A stretch of DNA of 64,000 bases, taken from assembly GCF_003918875.1 (NCBI RefSeq), contig NW_025765448.1, positions 124,001 to 188,000 on the forward strand, written 5' to 3'. The translations under genes and the position numbers were made by a program. The DNA comes from Haliotis rubra (lineage: Eukaryota). Shown here piece after piece: positions 12,954 through 26,300 of this stretch. Under the pieces are notes generated by a model. That model saw nothing but the letters and a program-made list of their open reading frames with translations. It did no database searches and was not told where the DNA came from. Position 1 is the first letter of the stretch, and every line of letters begins with the position of its first letter.

Positions 12954-15900
12954 TTAAATGACATTGAGGACGTTGATGTTGAAATCAGCATTTGCCCTGC
13001 CCGTTCCATTACGTGACTTAATCTTGGCTACTGCCAGGTACCTCCCAGCTTGGGCCGAAGTCACTGACCGGAACCGGAAGTGGACCTCTCTTTCGAAGTA
13101 GCGTTTAACATTAGCAACAGGTTCTACCTTTTCCCTACTTCTCATCAGCGTGATATTTGGATATTCATACAATGATTCCATCCATATATCTTCAACCTCA
13201 CTGCCCCCAAAAGCCTTCAATTCCACATCGATGTCGCCGCCATTTTCAACATAGTAATTTCTCTCCACCTTGTCAAAAACAACTAGCCTTTCCGCAAACA
13301 AATGGGAAACAGGTGGTGGTTGGAGGAACAGCATGTACGTGACCTTGACCCCCGCAAACAGTACACATGACCTTGTCAAACTGAAGCCATTGGTGACTTT
13401 CAGAATTCCTCGGGGTAGGTCACCGGATGAATTGTAGTTCACGTTCACACGCCGCACACTGTACCTTGGTTTATCAATAACAAATAACTCATCCAAATTG
13501 AGATTATCATCAAGTGTAGGAGTAGTGACTTCAAGGAATTCGGAGTCTGATTCGGCAGTTCTGATCTGGATTCTTGGAGGAGTTATACTGTCATTGATAC
13601 TGGTGAACTCCGCTTTGAGGCCGTGCCATGTACCATGTCCAATATCCTTTGCTTTGAAGGTTGTGCGGACAAGGATGGGATCTCCGGCGTTGTAGCTGAC
13701 ACGACCCTTTGGAGTCACTTTATACTCGTATTTGGGGATGTACTCCTAGAAGACAAGGACAGGACATAAAGATAGCGGGACAGCACAGATTAAGGACAAC
13801 AATATGGTATCCCTGGAAAGAAAGATCTCTTGTAACAATCCCAGCATATCCTTAACGAAATACGACTGTACATACTTTACTGAGACGGTGCTAATTATAT
13901 TATATATAACATATGATCATAGTAGGTGACATTGTGTATTCATAGGATTTAGCCGTGGGTTGTGTGCTAATGTACACTTGTCAGAAGGGAACACAAAGTT
14001 CGTTATCTACACTACAGACTTACATGTTTGAGCTCATACTGCGTTTAACTGTGTAAGTTAGGAAGGTCACGTGATATCTCCCATTGGTTTATATTCTCCA
14101 TGAACCTCACTTCTCCCTTGAATAGTAGCCCCTTATACATGTTGGTGGGTCTTTTCCAAAGTGGTAAAGGTCGACACAAGCGACACATACAGCTTTCCTT
14201 CCATTGTAAGATGGAAAACCATGATATAACGTGGTTCTTAATCAACTCTTTACTCACCAACATGGACTTCCCGGATGATATCGCCACGACGTTGATGGTG
14301 ATGGTGACGTCGATGGATTGTCCTGCCAACTGGAGCTCAAGTGATTCGATTTGGAAGGATCCTGGGACATGTATCGACGCCGTCTTGTACCAGTAATCGA
14401 CTCCGTTGTGTGCCGTTTCATAACGGAAATAGACAATGTCCATTCTGAGACCATCATCACCATCTGTACAGAAAACAAACGTGTTCGTTTTGGCTCAAGC
14501 TATCAGGTATGCAACGACTGAACGAACTGTAGCCGCATTGCGACTTTCCATGTGTAAGGCAAGTTCTAACTGGAGCAGGCTAAACTGGAGCCAGGCTGAA
14601 CGTGAACCCCACAACTCCTTGTCGCCTTCCACCCCCTTGATATGCACATGAAAAGAATATCAGCACGACTGTTTCCCATACAAAGATAAGTGAGTGAGTG
14701 AGTTAAAATGTCACCTCGCCAATATTTCCGCAATATCGTGACGACCATACACAGACCATAACTCACCTACACCGAGTTTTCCATTGATCCACCATAACGG
14801 GGTCACCTGCCTGGGAGAATCATATCTAACGGTGACGTTCACAGCGCCGTTGTCGTTAGCCAGATAAATCGTCTTCGGGTCAAGCCATTGTTCTTGGTAT
14901 TCATCGAAGTTTGAGGAAGACAGCTGAACAAAACAGATTGTCAAATACTGATCGGAAAATCCCATCAAAAGTGAGACAATATATATCCCAAACAGAACTG
15001 AACTATAGCTGCCCTACAAAACAAAGGAGTTAGCTAAATTATTCCCGCTTTATCGAAACGATATTAGGCTTGAAACAGTCGCTGAAAACAATTGTCCCAA
15101 ACACGGCTATGATGCACGCAGCTAACGTAACACCACAGAATAACCGTTTCCTGTTGTTTCATTTTACGCAGCTATCAAACATGAGTGTATACTTTCTTTT
15201 GCCTGCCAGTATATAACAGTGTTATATGCGAATTGTATCATCTTGTATGTTCTAGTGTTCTAGTCATATATATACATGTATGTATGTACGTAAGATATAA
15301 ATGTCTGTATATATAACGCCTGTGGGAGACAATACTAGACTGACTAACTGAGTTTGGTTGCGCTGGTCAGACCAAAGTCAGCAACGATAGGGGTTGACGG
15401 GGGTTCACATGACGTTATTTTGGGGGGACTATAGTCTCTTATAAAACAAGTTAGAAATTCATGTTACAAAAGTATATATAAGTCTACTATTTACGCCGCT
15501 TTTAGCAATATTCCAGCAACATCACGGCGGGGAACACCAGAAATGGGCTTCACACATTGTACCCATGTGGGGATTCGGACGCGGGTATTTTGTATTCGTT
15601 TGTATTTTGTTAGATTTCGACATTGAGATTTAAAAGTGTACATTGTTTCCAGACGTGCTTACCATTTTATTGGTATAGTAGTACATTTTGTAGCTACATA
15701 AATAAATCTACTGCAGTATGACGCAACAGCATACATTTCTTATATTGACAAACACTTTTTCGAAGCACGATAATATCTAAACGGAAGAAAGAGTCGGCTC
15801 TCAGATAGTAGCACATCAATATTTTGTACATGTTTTGAAATAATCATAATGAGTTTTATCAGAAATAGCCAATATTCAGGGTATTTTAACCATGTTTTCG

Positions 15901-15979
15901 AATGATTGAAAGTGAAACTTACCCCATGAATGACTGCCAGAAGCAGAGTCAGTTGCAGGGCCACCAGTGTGGACGCCAT
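12954..15979 (-). CDS. Gene A copy 2 (A2): 4-exon gene for a ~403 aa secreted protein with a C-terminal Cys-less Ig-like domain; open only via an internal acceptor
   Basis: Exons 15979-15923 (MASTLVALQLTLLLAVIHG, phase 0), 14923-14767 (phase 1), 14463-14258 (acceptor tttgttttctgtacag, phase 0) and 13745-12954. Phases are compatible with no stop. The C-terminal FRFRSVTSAQAGRYLAVAK resembles Ig E-F strands. Confidence 0.65.
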
Positions 15980-18301
15980 GATTCCAGATGTGTACCCGAT
16001 GTCACGCTGCTTCAACTGAGCTCTCACTTTATCAACGAGCGGGAACAACAATTCCAGTCTCAGGTCATGACATTTCAGTGTCCTACCATTATGTCAAACA
16101 GAGGCTGAATTTATTTAACACGATGTTGTGTACCATCAGTTACCTTGTAGATAGAAACATGAATTACTTTAATATGATAGAAGATTACAGTGGTAAGAAT
16201 GGACCTTAGATTGAGTACGATACCTTACGTTTGTGTTACATATTGATAATGAAGTAGTGGTTGAGGTCTGTGATATGCGTAATGCTATTGATTAGGTATG
16301 AAACAATGGAGTATTTGGTAATATGGATAATAATATAATACTATTTAAAGCAGTGAGGATTTAAGTGAAACGTAAAATGCCTTTATCAAATAAATGACTC
16401 CCATATATTTTAGGTTTAGTGCAGGATGAAGATGAATCCCCGTCATAGTGATTCTCATCGTAGGACTGACGCCTGGGCAATTGTCAAGTAGTAGTTAAAT
16501 GCATACATCTATGTTTTCCTCCAGTCACTACATTTCTTTGATAGGACAACGCTCAAATATTCCATATTCCAACATCGGGATATATCAAAATGTTGATTAG
16601 TTATTTCAGGGGACGTTACCTTCCCTTCACAGATATCCACTGCGTTCAGTGGTGCTAACTCTGAGTTCTACGTGGACGTGAGTTGTTTATGTTCTTCTTT
16701 CGCATGCGGGTGAGGGTTGTTACCTTCAGACCGTGGATGACGGTCGCATTCTTCTCGTCTCTCGCTCGCGGGGGCAAGATTGTTTATCTTCTGGCGGGTT
16801 TCGCTTACCTTAAGTACTCATTAGCATAAGCTGTTTCGGAGGTGCATTACCCTACGGTGTTTTAGCTCAGGTAAAACGTGACGACAAAACATACTTGATA
16901 GTTTGTACATGCCCCGCATAGTCCCTGGGCGACATTCCCGATGTTGACAACTTGGCCCGATAAATCTCTAAAACTGTATTTTCGTCGTTCTTCTTGGTTC
17001 AGCTCATCCCAAAATTGTAATTAACCTCTTTATTCTTATATTAGTTTGTGTGTGAACTTGCAATGTGGAGTACATAAAGTTTCAGAGTATATTCTTACTT
17101 CTTCTTCGGCGGAATGAAATAAAAAAAGACTAAGAATATACCCCGAAATGTTCTCAAAATACAGAAGTTGACATCCATAAATGTGTATAGATTCTTTTTT
17201 AAAACTACTCGAAGTGCTTACGACTATCAACCTGTGCCAAAACGTCTACTTCTGTTAAACGTGACGCCAAAGCACATTAAATAGTTTGCACGTGCCTCAT
17301 ACAGTATCCTGGTGACTTGTAGCGATAAGTGTATTTTCGTGAATTGTCTTGGTTCTGCTCATTAGAAAATTGTAACTAACCTGATGTATTCTTTGCTTGT
17401 ACATGTGGAGAGTTGAGTTTGCAATCAGGTCTACGGTCTATTGCTAGGCTTTAAACTGACAGACCTCAATGGGTTCGATGTGTCCGGGAGTGTGATAGAA
17501 CACTGTGTAACAGGTGCCCCAAAAATCTAATAGGTTCCGGACAGACTCTATTCAGCACGCCCCTGGTAAACAAGTGTCCAACATGCTACATGCTACATAT
17601 TTTCAACATGCCACTGGCGTCAGAGTTACAGGTCAGACTGTGAGAAATCGTCTGTGCCATCCACATTGCCACTGTATACTAGGCATATAAAGAAACTGTG
17701 CATACAAAAATTTAGATTCTAAATTTATCAAACCTGTGTAGACACATAAGGATTTAAACTTAGAGATTAGTGACATGTATCCAACATGCATGCGCGTGCC
17801 GCGTTCCGTGACAGCAGTGGGTTCGTCCTTGAGACGTGCAGTACGTTGCTGCACGTGCATTCCGGGGAAAGAGAAACAGAGCAAATGAATGCCACACAAT
17901 ACTGTCACTTTGAAAAGCTCAACCCCTACCCTTGCGATCGTTCAAAAAGTTAAACGGCTATTGAAACGCATAGCATGCCTGTATCATTATAGATACAAGG
18001 ATCTACGGTTATTAAGAAACTAAACTTAGTGTTCACTGCGTTACAACAGTTTTAAGGGAGAAGGCGACATTTAGTCGTGACTTGTGCCGAATGTTTTTTT
18101 GTGCTTATTGTAAACAGGAAAGAAATGTATTTTTCAATTGGGTCTTTCCTCACAAAACACTGACATGCCACGATAACGCTGTAATCAAAGTTCAAATAAA
18201 ATGAATGCTAAAATCAAAACACCAGAATGATCAAGAAATCATTTATTGAACTTCATTGCAAATAAAATGCTTTCAGAGCATCAACAAGGCAGAAAGGAAC
18301 G

Positions 18302-20626
18302 TTATCCCAAGACGTCAATGTAGTACATCTTCGAGACTTCAGTGTCCCCGCTCGACGCGCTCACATAGTACGCTCCCTCTAAGGCTTCTGTAACGTTCTT
18401 GAACAGGAAGATCTTTCGGCTGCGAAAGTCAGTTCCGATTGTGAACGTTTCCACTTCCGGTTCTGTAATCTCGCGACAGTCTCGGAACAACTTCAGGACA
18501 GGTTTCGGATAACCCATGGCATCGACCTGGGTGTACGGCCATCTCGTGTGAATTACATCATTTCTGTGCCTGTTTTGAGGGTCGTCAACAAAATTGACGC
18601 TGTTCCGAAAGGGTGAAAGGTGTCCACGATTCTTCACATACACCCAACGCCTGATAATGATTTTATCAAGAAGGCTGTACGCAGAGTTAACATCTAAACC
18701 CACCGCAAATTTGACCTCCCCCTCGGTATAAGGGAACGTTGTGTCGATAGACGCCACGGTGCGCTCTACAGTGGACGTGGGGGTGATGTTCAGAGGTGGT
18801 AAGATGAAAGAATTCCTTCTACGAAACCAGTGATCTTCCAAATATGGAATGGATCGTATGTGAGTTTCTAATGGAGGGAGCGCTTTGTAATCAAAAGAAC
18901 TTAGTATCCCCACTGTGAAATCCATCTCAAACGATCCAAGGTTCTCAGACTCTAAGGACAGACTGAAGTTGACGCGTTCAGTTTCGTCAAAGTTCACGAG
19001 ACCATCTGGCTGAGAACGGAACACCAATGGGTTAATAGCGTTGCGCTCTAAGCGGCTGTTTCGAATATCCCCCTCTTGGAAGAACAAGTTGATTTCGTAG
19101 TCGTCTCCATAGATGCAAGTTAGTATTTGTCGTTGAAGTTCTCTACGTTCCGGATCTATGTACATATGAAGAGTTGTTTCCCCTTCCGATCCCGAGAAGG
19201 TGTGGGTTGTGTTATCCAGATCTGCAAATCATGTGATGTAATCTGAATTATAGTCATACATGGAACATGGCCGGGTTAATTACTTGAAGAGTTAAAACTG
19301 AGCATATTAATTAAACAATATGGAGACAGATATTTGAACTGTTAAATTGCATCTCGGATTAGTCAGACACATATAGTGTTATCCGTACATGGGGTGAGTG
19401 ATTGACTTTAGTTTTAGCAACTGTCAGCAACATTCCGACAATATCACGTTGGTGGCCACCAGGAAATAGGCTTTACATATTGTGCCCATGTGGGGAATCG
19501 ACCCCGGGTCTGACGAGAGAACACTTTAACCACTACACTACTCTACCAGTCTCTGTCAATGGAGTGAGTGAGTAGGCGTGGTGTAACGATACCACAATGC
19601 AATATTTTATTTCGATACGTATTGTATCGTCGTATCGTTACACCTCTTTTATCCCCTAGCAATAACTCCAGCAATTTCAGGGAGAAAACTCTTCTCGCAA
19701 GAGGTGGGCTTCACACACTGTACAAATGAAAAACGTCCTCGAGCCATACGTTTAAACCGCAAAACCGCCCACAGCCCCTCTGCATTTGGAAACCAGTATT
19801 ACACAATACAATTGATTAACAGGATCTCAGGACAATGCATTTTAAGAGACTGGGTTTGGTAGACGTTTTTACTTACGTCTGAGAAATTCATCGACTTTCC
19901 ACAGCACAACAGGTCGTTTTTCCGCTTCGTACGTCACTGTAATGTTCCGCATGTCCCCTTCAACGGACAACTGGACATCGGTCACTACCGGGACACCTCT
20001 ACAGACACACACCTGGGGAATAGCAAATTCTCGTTCTACTCGGCTTTAGGCAATATTCTGTCAAACATACGACGAGAAGCACCAAACACACATGCTTCTA
20101 CACATATACCTGTGAGGAACCGAACACGGGCTTCGGTGTGACGAGCGAACACTTTATCCAAATGTCCATTAAAAGACATTAAAACTTAGATCATCTTACA
20201 AAGTGCTATTTTGAACTTGGAATTCTAACCACAACATATGTAGAGTGGTCTTAAACTAAAGAGGTATGCATTAAAAAAGGTTACGCTTTAACCAGTGTAA
20301 TCATTCTTCACACTTAACTTTGAGAATAACATTAAGCGTATAAAACCGACTACAAAAGGCATCAAGCACGACCCTGCCTATCCCAAAATACCCGACTAAT
20401 TCGGGTCGACCTGTCCGTCTCTGTAACTTGAGTGTTGAGTATTTTTCTCGACATCGTGTACAGTCAACATTTCCCTATACCAGCTTAGATCAATTGTTGT
20501 CCCGATGAATAAATGAAACCGATATGCAATTTATTCTTAAAGTTACTGAAAATCTCGACATGCATCACTTACCGTCTGTAGCACGAAGAGCAAAGGGAGC
20601 AGCACACCGACGCGCACAACCGCCAT
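18302..20626 (-). CDS. Gene B copy 2 (B2): intact 3-exon gene for a 369 aa secreted protein with a C-terminal Cys-less I-set-like Ig domain
   Basis: Exons 20626-20573 (MAVVRVGVLLPLLFVLQT signal peptide, phase 0), 20012-19877 (phase 1) and 19221-18302, all GT-AG and in frame with ORF 18302..19165. The C-terminus VDAMGYPKPVLKLFRD...FKNVTEALEGAYYVSASSG matches the I-set strand pattern without the B/F Cys. Confidence 0.8.
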
Positions 20627-22876
20627 GTTGATGTAATGATTTGCTCTGAACCTTTGTCAGTGCTGGTTCACCGGATGTCGATAATTTAGGCATTCAGAGA
20701 TGAAATCAAGCAAGTGACACGTGATAGTGCTGACATTTGGGTTGAGAGCATCAACATATCCAAAATGTTTTTTTTATTGAACAATTAACATCGCTGATTA
20801 ATTATAACGAGGTGATTATGAAGTCAAATTGTCGTCCACCTTTTGGTGTTTAACTGCCTGTGGCTGAGCTTGAACGTTCACACGTCTGCCTGCTTACAAC
20901 AGTTTGTTTGTGTATGATTGTGTTGAGTGACACTGGGCGTTTATGATATAGTATGATTGTGGTTTTCAGTAACACTGCATGCTTAAGTCTCACTAACTTT
21001 AATTACTCGCAGGTGCGATGGGGTATACTAGTGACAGAAGCGTCGATGAACCAGGTTCGATTCTCCACGCTCGTACAATGTAGGAAGTTCATTTATGGTG
21101 ATCCCCGCCGTGATATTGCTGGAGTATAGCTAAAACAGCGTAAAACCATACTCACTCACTCACCCATTCACTCACAATGTACATGGTGGGTTGGAATTGG
21201 TTCAAACCTTGTCCCCAAAATATGAAGTCTTAGGAATTTACTTTTATATGTATATCACAATAAGGTAACATACCATGCAAACACTTAAAACAACATTTAC
21301 AGAATGACCACCAAGTTATGTCTGCGTGCTGCTTTACTCATCCTTGTTCTCAAATAAGCAACTAGATACCATCACCTGCTGCTTCTTATGCCATATCATG
21401 CGGTACTATTGCAGGAACTATATCTCAAGTCCCATGAGACCACAGTGCCCTTGACTTTGTCTTTGTCTGCAATATATTGCATGTTTATGCACCAGGAAGT
21501 GACTTAACCAACAGGTGATCTGGTCAAATGAAGACATTGTTTTCGTTGACACTTCAACTATATAACTTATTTAATGACTTCAGAGTGTCACGACATATTC
21601 AGGAGGGCGGCGATGATTCCCGTGCAGGGACGTGTCCCAACCCCGTCTTCAAAATATCACTTGATCACCAGTCACGAGACATTGCACTCCGTTAGGTTCC
21701 ACTTGCAGCATTAGAGTATAAGCTATCCTAGGATAGATCCCTCCAGATCACGTGATCCCAGAACTGAAACCCTCCAGAGTGAAATTATCCTGGGATGGAA
21801 ACACACCCCTTCGAGCATCAAACCACACCCCTCAGGATAAAACCAACCCCTTTGAATAAAATAATAAAGTAAAGGGGTACAATATGCCAGCTATTCGGTC
21901 TGTAAATAATGGACCAGATAATCCAGTGATTGGCATCATGAGCATCGATCTACGCAGGTCATCGAGCCGGAAAGGTAAAGGGAAATATTTGCAATGATGA
22001 CACTGACTTTGATAGCAGTAAGAGCAACGGGACTCAGTTCAGAGAGCCAGAGTGCGGAAAGTAGATCATTAATATTTTCTGAATATACCATAAATGTGAC
22101 AATTGCCGATGTATGTACACAGATGATGATGCATATATACTTGAAGAACAAAAAACATGTTTTGTAAACGAAATTGTGTCTACACGTTGCATGACGAATA
22201 CTTCAACTGAATTCAACGAACATATAGTTTTAGCAAAATATCTCGCCGGTGGGCAAGAATGGCTTCCTTAAAAGTCAAGCTTTAGGGGTTGTGTATGACT
22301 GAAAGTGAGTCTGTACAGATCATGACACAAAACTGAACCTATTTTGAAAAATTAAAATATCCCGCCCGTAGGCGATGGCAGTTAGGTCCATGGACTAGAG
22401 TATTCACCATTGCTCGAAGCTCAAAATGCTTGTTTTGGGGCTGCATATTATGAAAGAGCCTCTTCAGGCATAGTGACACAGACGGCATCGTATTTGAACT
22501 AATTAAGGTTATTACATTTTTAAAAAATAAAATAAAATAAATAGATTATGAAAAGTAAAATAAAATAAATGTATTATAATATCTCGCCTATGCTGAAACC
22601 AAAACGAGGGATTCGATGGGATTCCCCCTAAAACCCGTAAAGTCCTGTGCCTGACTGAAATGTTATTCGATATTCTATCTGGGGGGAGTTATTCATACCT
22701 AACCCTGGAGACAAGGAACAAATTTCTGGAGTACCTCTGTGATTTATCAGATACATTACTTACTTAGTGATATCAACATCATTTGAGATTTCTTCCTGGT
22801 AGGTTGGATATACAAGATCAATATATAGCTGATTTGATTGGTTAAGAAACGTTGATGCCATGCCAAACTGTACACG

Positions 22877-22932
22877 TATATAAGATGAAAAGGTCTGCGG
22901 GCATTTGCCAGAGGCAAGACATCGACCTGCAG
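22877..22932 (+). promoter_or_regulatory. Candidate TATA box and short non-coding first exon of the receptor gene
   Basis: TATATAAG at 22877, donor-like CAG|GTAGGA at 22932, and acceptor tttatttcaag at 23266 just before the ATG. Confidence 0.35.
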
Positions 22933-23272
22933 GTAGGATGGCAGCATGATCACAATCTGTGTACCTACAGTCACCTGCTCACAAATACGTTTGCCTGTGT
23001 GTCTTCGTGTACGTACCCTTCCGTTTGTCTGTGTTTCTTCACGTACGTACCCACACGTTTGACTGTGTATCTTCACGTACGTACCAAACCATTTGTTTAT
23101 GTGCCAGCATGTATGTACCCGCCCTTTGGCCTGTGTGCCTTCATGTACGTGCCTCTTTTGTCTCTGTGTCTTGATATGCATACCCACCCGTTTACCTGTG
23201 TGTCTGCATGTGTGTCTGTGTGACTAACTATGTTTCCCTGTACAAACATGAACCGTTTATTTCAAGAACAAG

Positions 23273-23371
23273 ATGGTGAAGCCACCATGGCCAGTTCTGC
23301 TGTTGGGTTTCCTTCTCCTTGTCCTGGCAACTCCCGTCAACGTCAGTCAAATCTCCGACATCTCCGACCTT
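23273..23371 (+). CDS. Receptor exon: signal peptide
   Basis: MVKPPWPVLLLGFLLLVLATPVNVSQISDISDL|gtaagt, phase 0. Confidence 0.7.
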
Positions 23372-26300
23372 GTAAGTCTTGTTGGTTATTCATCACACGG
23401 TTTGTGATATACTGGGAGTAAATGAATCTCTTTCCCTTTGTTTGACACAAGGACACAGGCTTGTGTTTCATTTCAGTTCCCATTTAATAAGCACAGAAAG
23501 GGAAAGGTGGTTTAAGGATGGGAACACCAGAAATGGGTTTCACATGTTGTACCCAGCTAGGGAATCGAACCCCGGCCTTCAGTGTGACGAGCGAACGTTT
23601 TAATTACTAGACTAATCCACCACCCCTGTTCATGAAACTGGTCGGTGCGTTATTGATCCTTTGTCAAATCAACTATTCAGTCCGAGGTCACTCAGGTGGT
23701 CATTTGATTTAAAACCTCTGATTACATGTCGAATCCAATATTATCCTAATTCATGATTACATAATAACTGAATAAAGGGTTGTTTTGTATTACCTACAGA
23801 TATCATGGACTGACACGGACGAGTAGGTCGACATGAATATACGTACAGCTGTCTTCACACAGCACCACCCTGTTAACCCAACATCAGTTTTAGGAAAATT
23901 TATATGAGGAAATTCTGCGTGTTCTGTATACACGTGACATTATTTCATACAGATGTTTGCTCAAGTTGAACATTCAGTTAACAGCAGCATGATGACGTTA
24001 CTGGTAGAACAACAGGTTTACTGCCCTTAGGAATGCAGACTGAGTCAACGTTGTTCCTATATCCATAGACTGATGCTTTGTATCTGAATGTATATCGTTG
24101 CGGTTCCTGATACGGACATTGATACATCTAACCTTAGCGTTGTTATGTGAAATGTCACAACGTTTAGATTTCAGGTCCTTACACAAACTAAAATGCCTGA
24201 CAAAAGTGTGTTTCTGTTATTTATCAGATTGTCAACTACCAACTGTATAGAGATTCCACGTGTGTTCTGGAGGGGAGGAGCGACGTCATTGAACGCTGTG
24301 TCATACCTGTTGACGGGCAGATGGTAGCTGCTGAAAATGACTTAGTTCGTTTCCCCAAACATTCCAGCTGCAGACTAAGGGGCGATAACACCGACACACC
24401 AAGGTGTATCACGTGTTTAAACAACGCTTGGAAAACAACAGCTTGCCATGAAGGTATGGTTGTGTGATGCTTGCTATAGGGATATAACAGACCAAATAAG
24501 GATTAACGATTGCGTTTAACGTGGCCTTTGTAGGTTTACAAATTTGCCCCGATTGTGTGTACCCATGTAGCTAACTAATCTTTTTATATGTAACTAAACT
24601 TGTATACGAATGTATTCCTGCGAGAACGGAATCAAGTGTATATCTGAGAAACATTGGACTGTCGGACATTGTGTAAAGAATATTTCACGTCGTACGGTTG
24701 GAATTAAACGACTCATTTCGGGTCTTCTTGTGTGTTGTTCTACTTCTTTTGAGTTATATATTTTATTCGTGCCCCGGAAATGCGTGTGTAATTGCATATG
24801 TATCATCTTTCAGGCCTTCAGCGAGAGAAACGATTTTTTTTAAGTTTTATATTGGGAGCTGCAGCTTGTTTCTTCTTCTGTTCTCGGCGCAGCGGAGGTG
24901 GCAGCGAGAGTGGTATGTACCGTACGCTCACCGTGCATCATTATTATGCAGCGTAGTATGTACATTCTGTTATTACCAGACTTGAACATATTCGCTACTC
25001 AAAGCTTCGTCTAGGAAATGGCGTCACAATCTCTGTCATTAACTTATCCCATTATGTCTCTCACAGTGTATATTATATGTTGAATCACTACGTTGGCGGC
25101 CTTGTGGTTAAAGCGTTCGGGCGTCACGCACAACAGCCCGCCCATTTCTGGTGTCCACCGTCGTGATATTGCTGGAATATTGCTAAAAGCGGCGTATAAC
25201 AGACATCACTCACTCACTACGTTGGTTTTGTGTTAACTGTCTACAATCATGTCATTGCATTTGTGGGGGATGGATAGACCAGTTGTGTGAGATACTGTAT
25301 TTCTGCTGTTCAGTGGTCCCTGGGCATGCCAGTATTCCCAAATTATAGGGGCCACTCCTGGCTCAGTCTGGTTTTGTTGCCGGATGTCTTCAGAGACCTC
25401 TATTACTTCGGGCTTTCCTCCCACATAAAGCTATCACGTCGCGATACTGGAGTATCTGTATTAAACCCATTCACTAACTAACTCGCAGTATGTTTAGCTT
25501 TCTTTCACATGAGTTATTGAGTGAATATGGTTTTACGCCGCTTTTAGCAATATTCCAGCAATATTACGGCGGTGTCGACAGAAATGGGTTTCACACATTG
25601 TACCCATGTGGGGAATCGAACCCAGGTCTTGTGTGTGACACGCGAACACTTTAACCACTAAGCTACCCGAAAGTAACATCGTTGAATGATGCAATGAAAA
25701 CATTGCATGTAGGGAATTAACCTTTCGAGGTTAAAACGCCAAAATCAAAAGGGCTAGTCTTTGGTGCCTTAACAGACTACTGACTACCAACCGCACGAGT
25801 TGTCTGAAATATACATGGAAGAATATATATTATCGTAGAAATCTTTTAAGGATAAGGAATAATAGATGAATTTATTACCTTTTTCACGCAAATCTCGTCT
25901 GAGGTACTTGTGTTATCATCTCGCGCGAATTGTATATCTTACTTACAGGGATTGTTTGCTCACATGAAACGCTCTATACTTACGTGCTGAATGTTCTTCG
26001 TGAATACCGTCCTAGAAACAGAAATATCTTTTCACGTCAATCGGGTCTTAGATACTGATCAGATACCTTTTTAATCTAACTTTATAACACATATGTGTTT
26101 CAAGAATGTCTCACCTGTTTTTATAAAGACTATAGCCCCCCCAAAATGACGTCATGTGAACCTCCTGGGACCCCTATCGCTGCTGACCATGGTCTGACAA
26201 GCACAGCAGTCACGTGGACAATCCCGTCGGCTGTTGACGGAAAGGGCAACTCCATAGCGTAAGTGTCAGTCGTTATATCAATTATATCTATCTAAAGTAC

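Larger units (their letters stand above)
1..20990. repeat. Tandem segmental triplication of an ~8.6-9.3 kb A+B gene unit
   Basis: 2560-7530 aligns to 11130-16130 (offset ~8.6 kb), 8745-11110 to 18005-20035, and 1500-2690 to 18010-20985. Shared SINE insertions at 3076/11728, 4043/12676 and 10086/19394. Confidence 0.9.

Noticed and set aside
22756-23223. 123-143 aa ORFs upstream of the receptor ATG
   Set aside because: They lie in a degenerate GTAC-rich tandem repeat in the putative first intron and have no domain signal.
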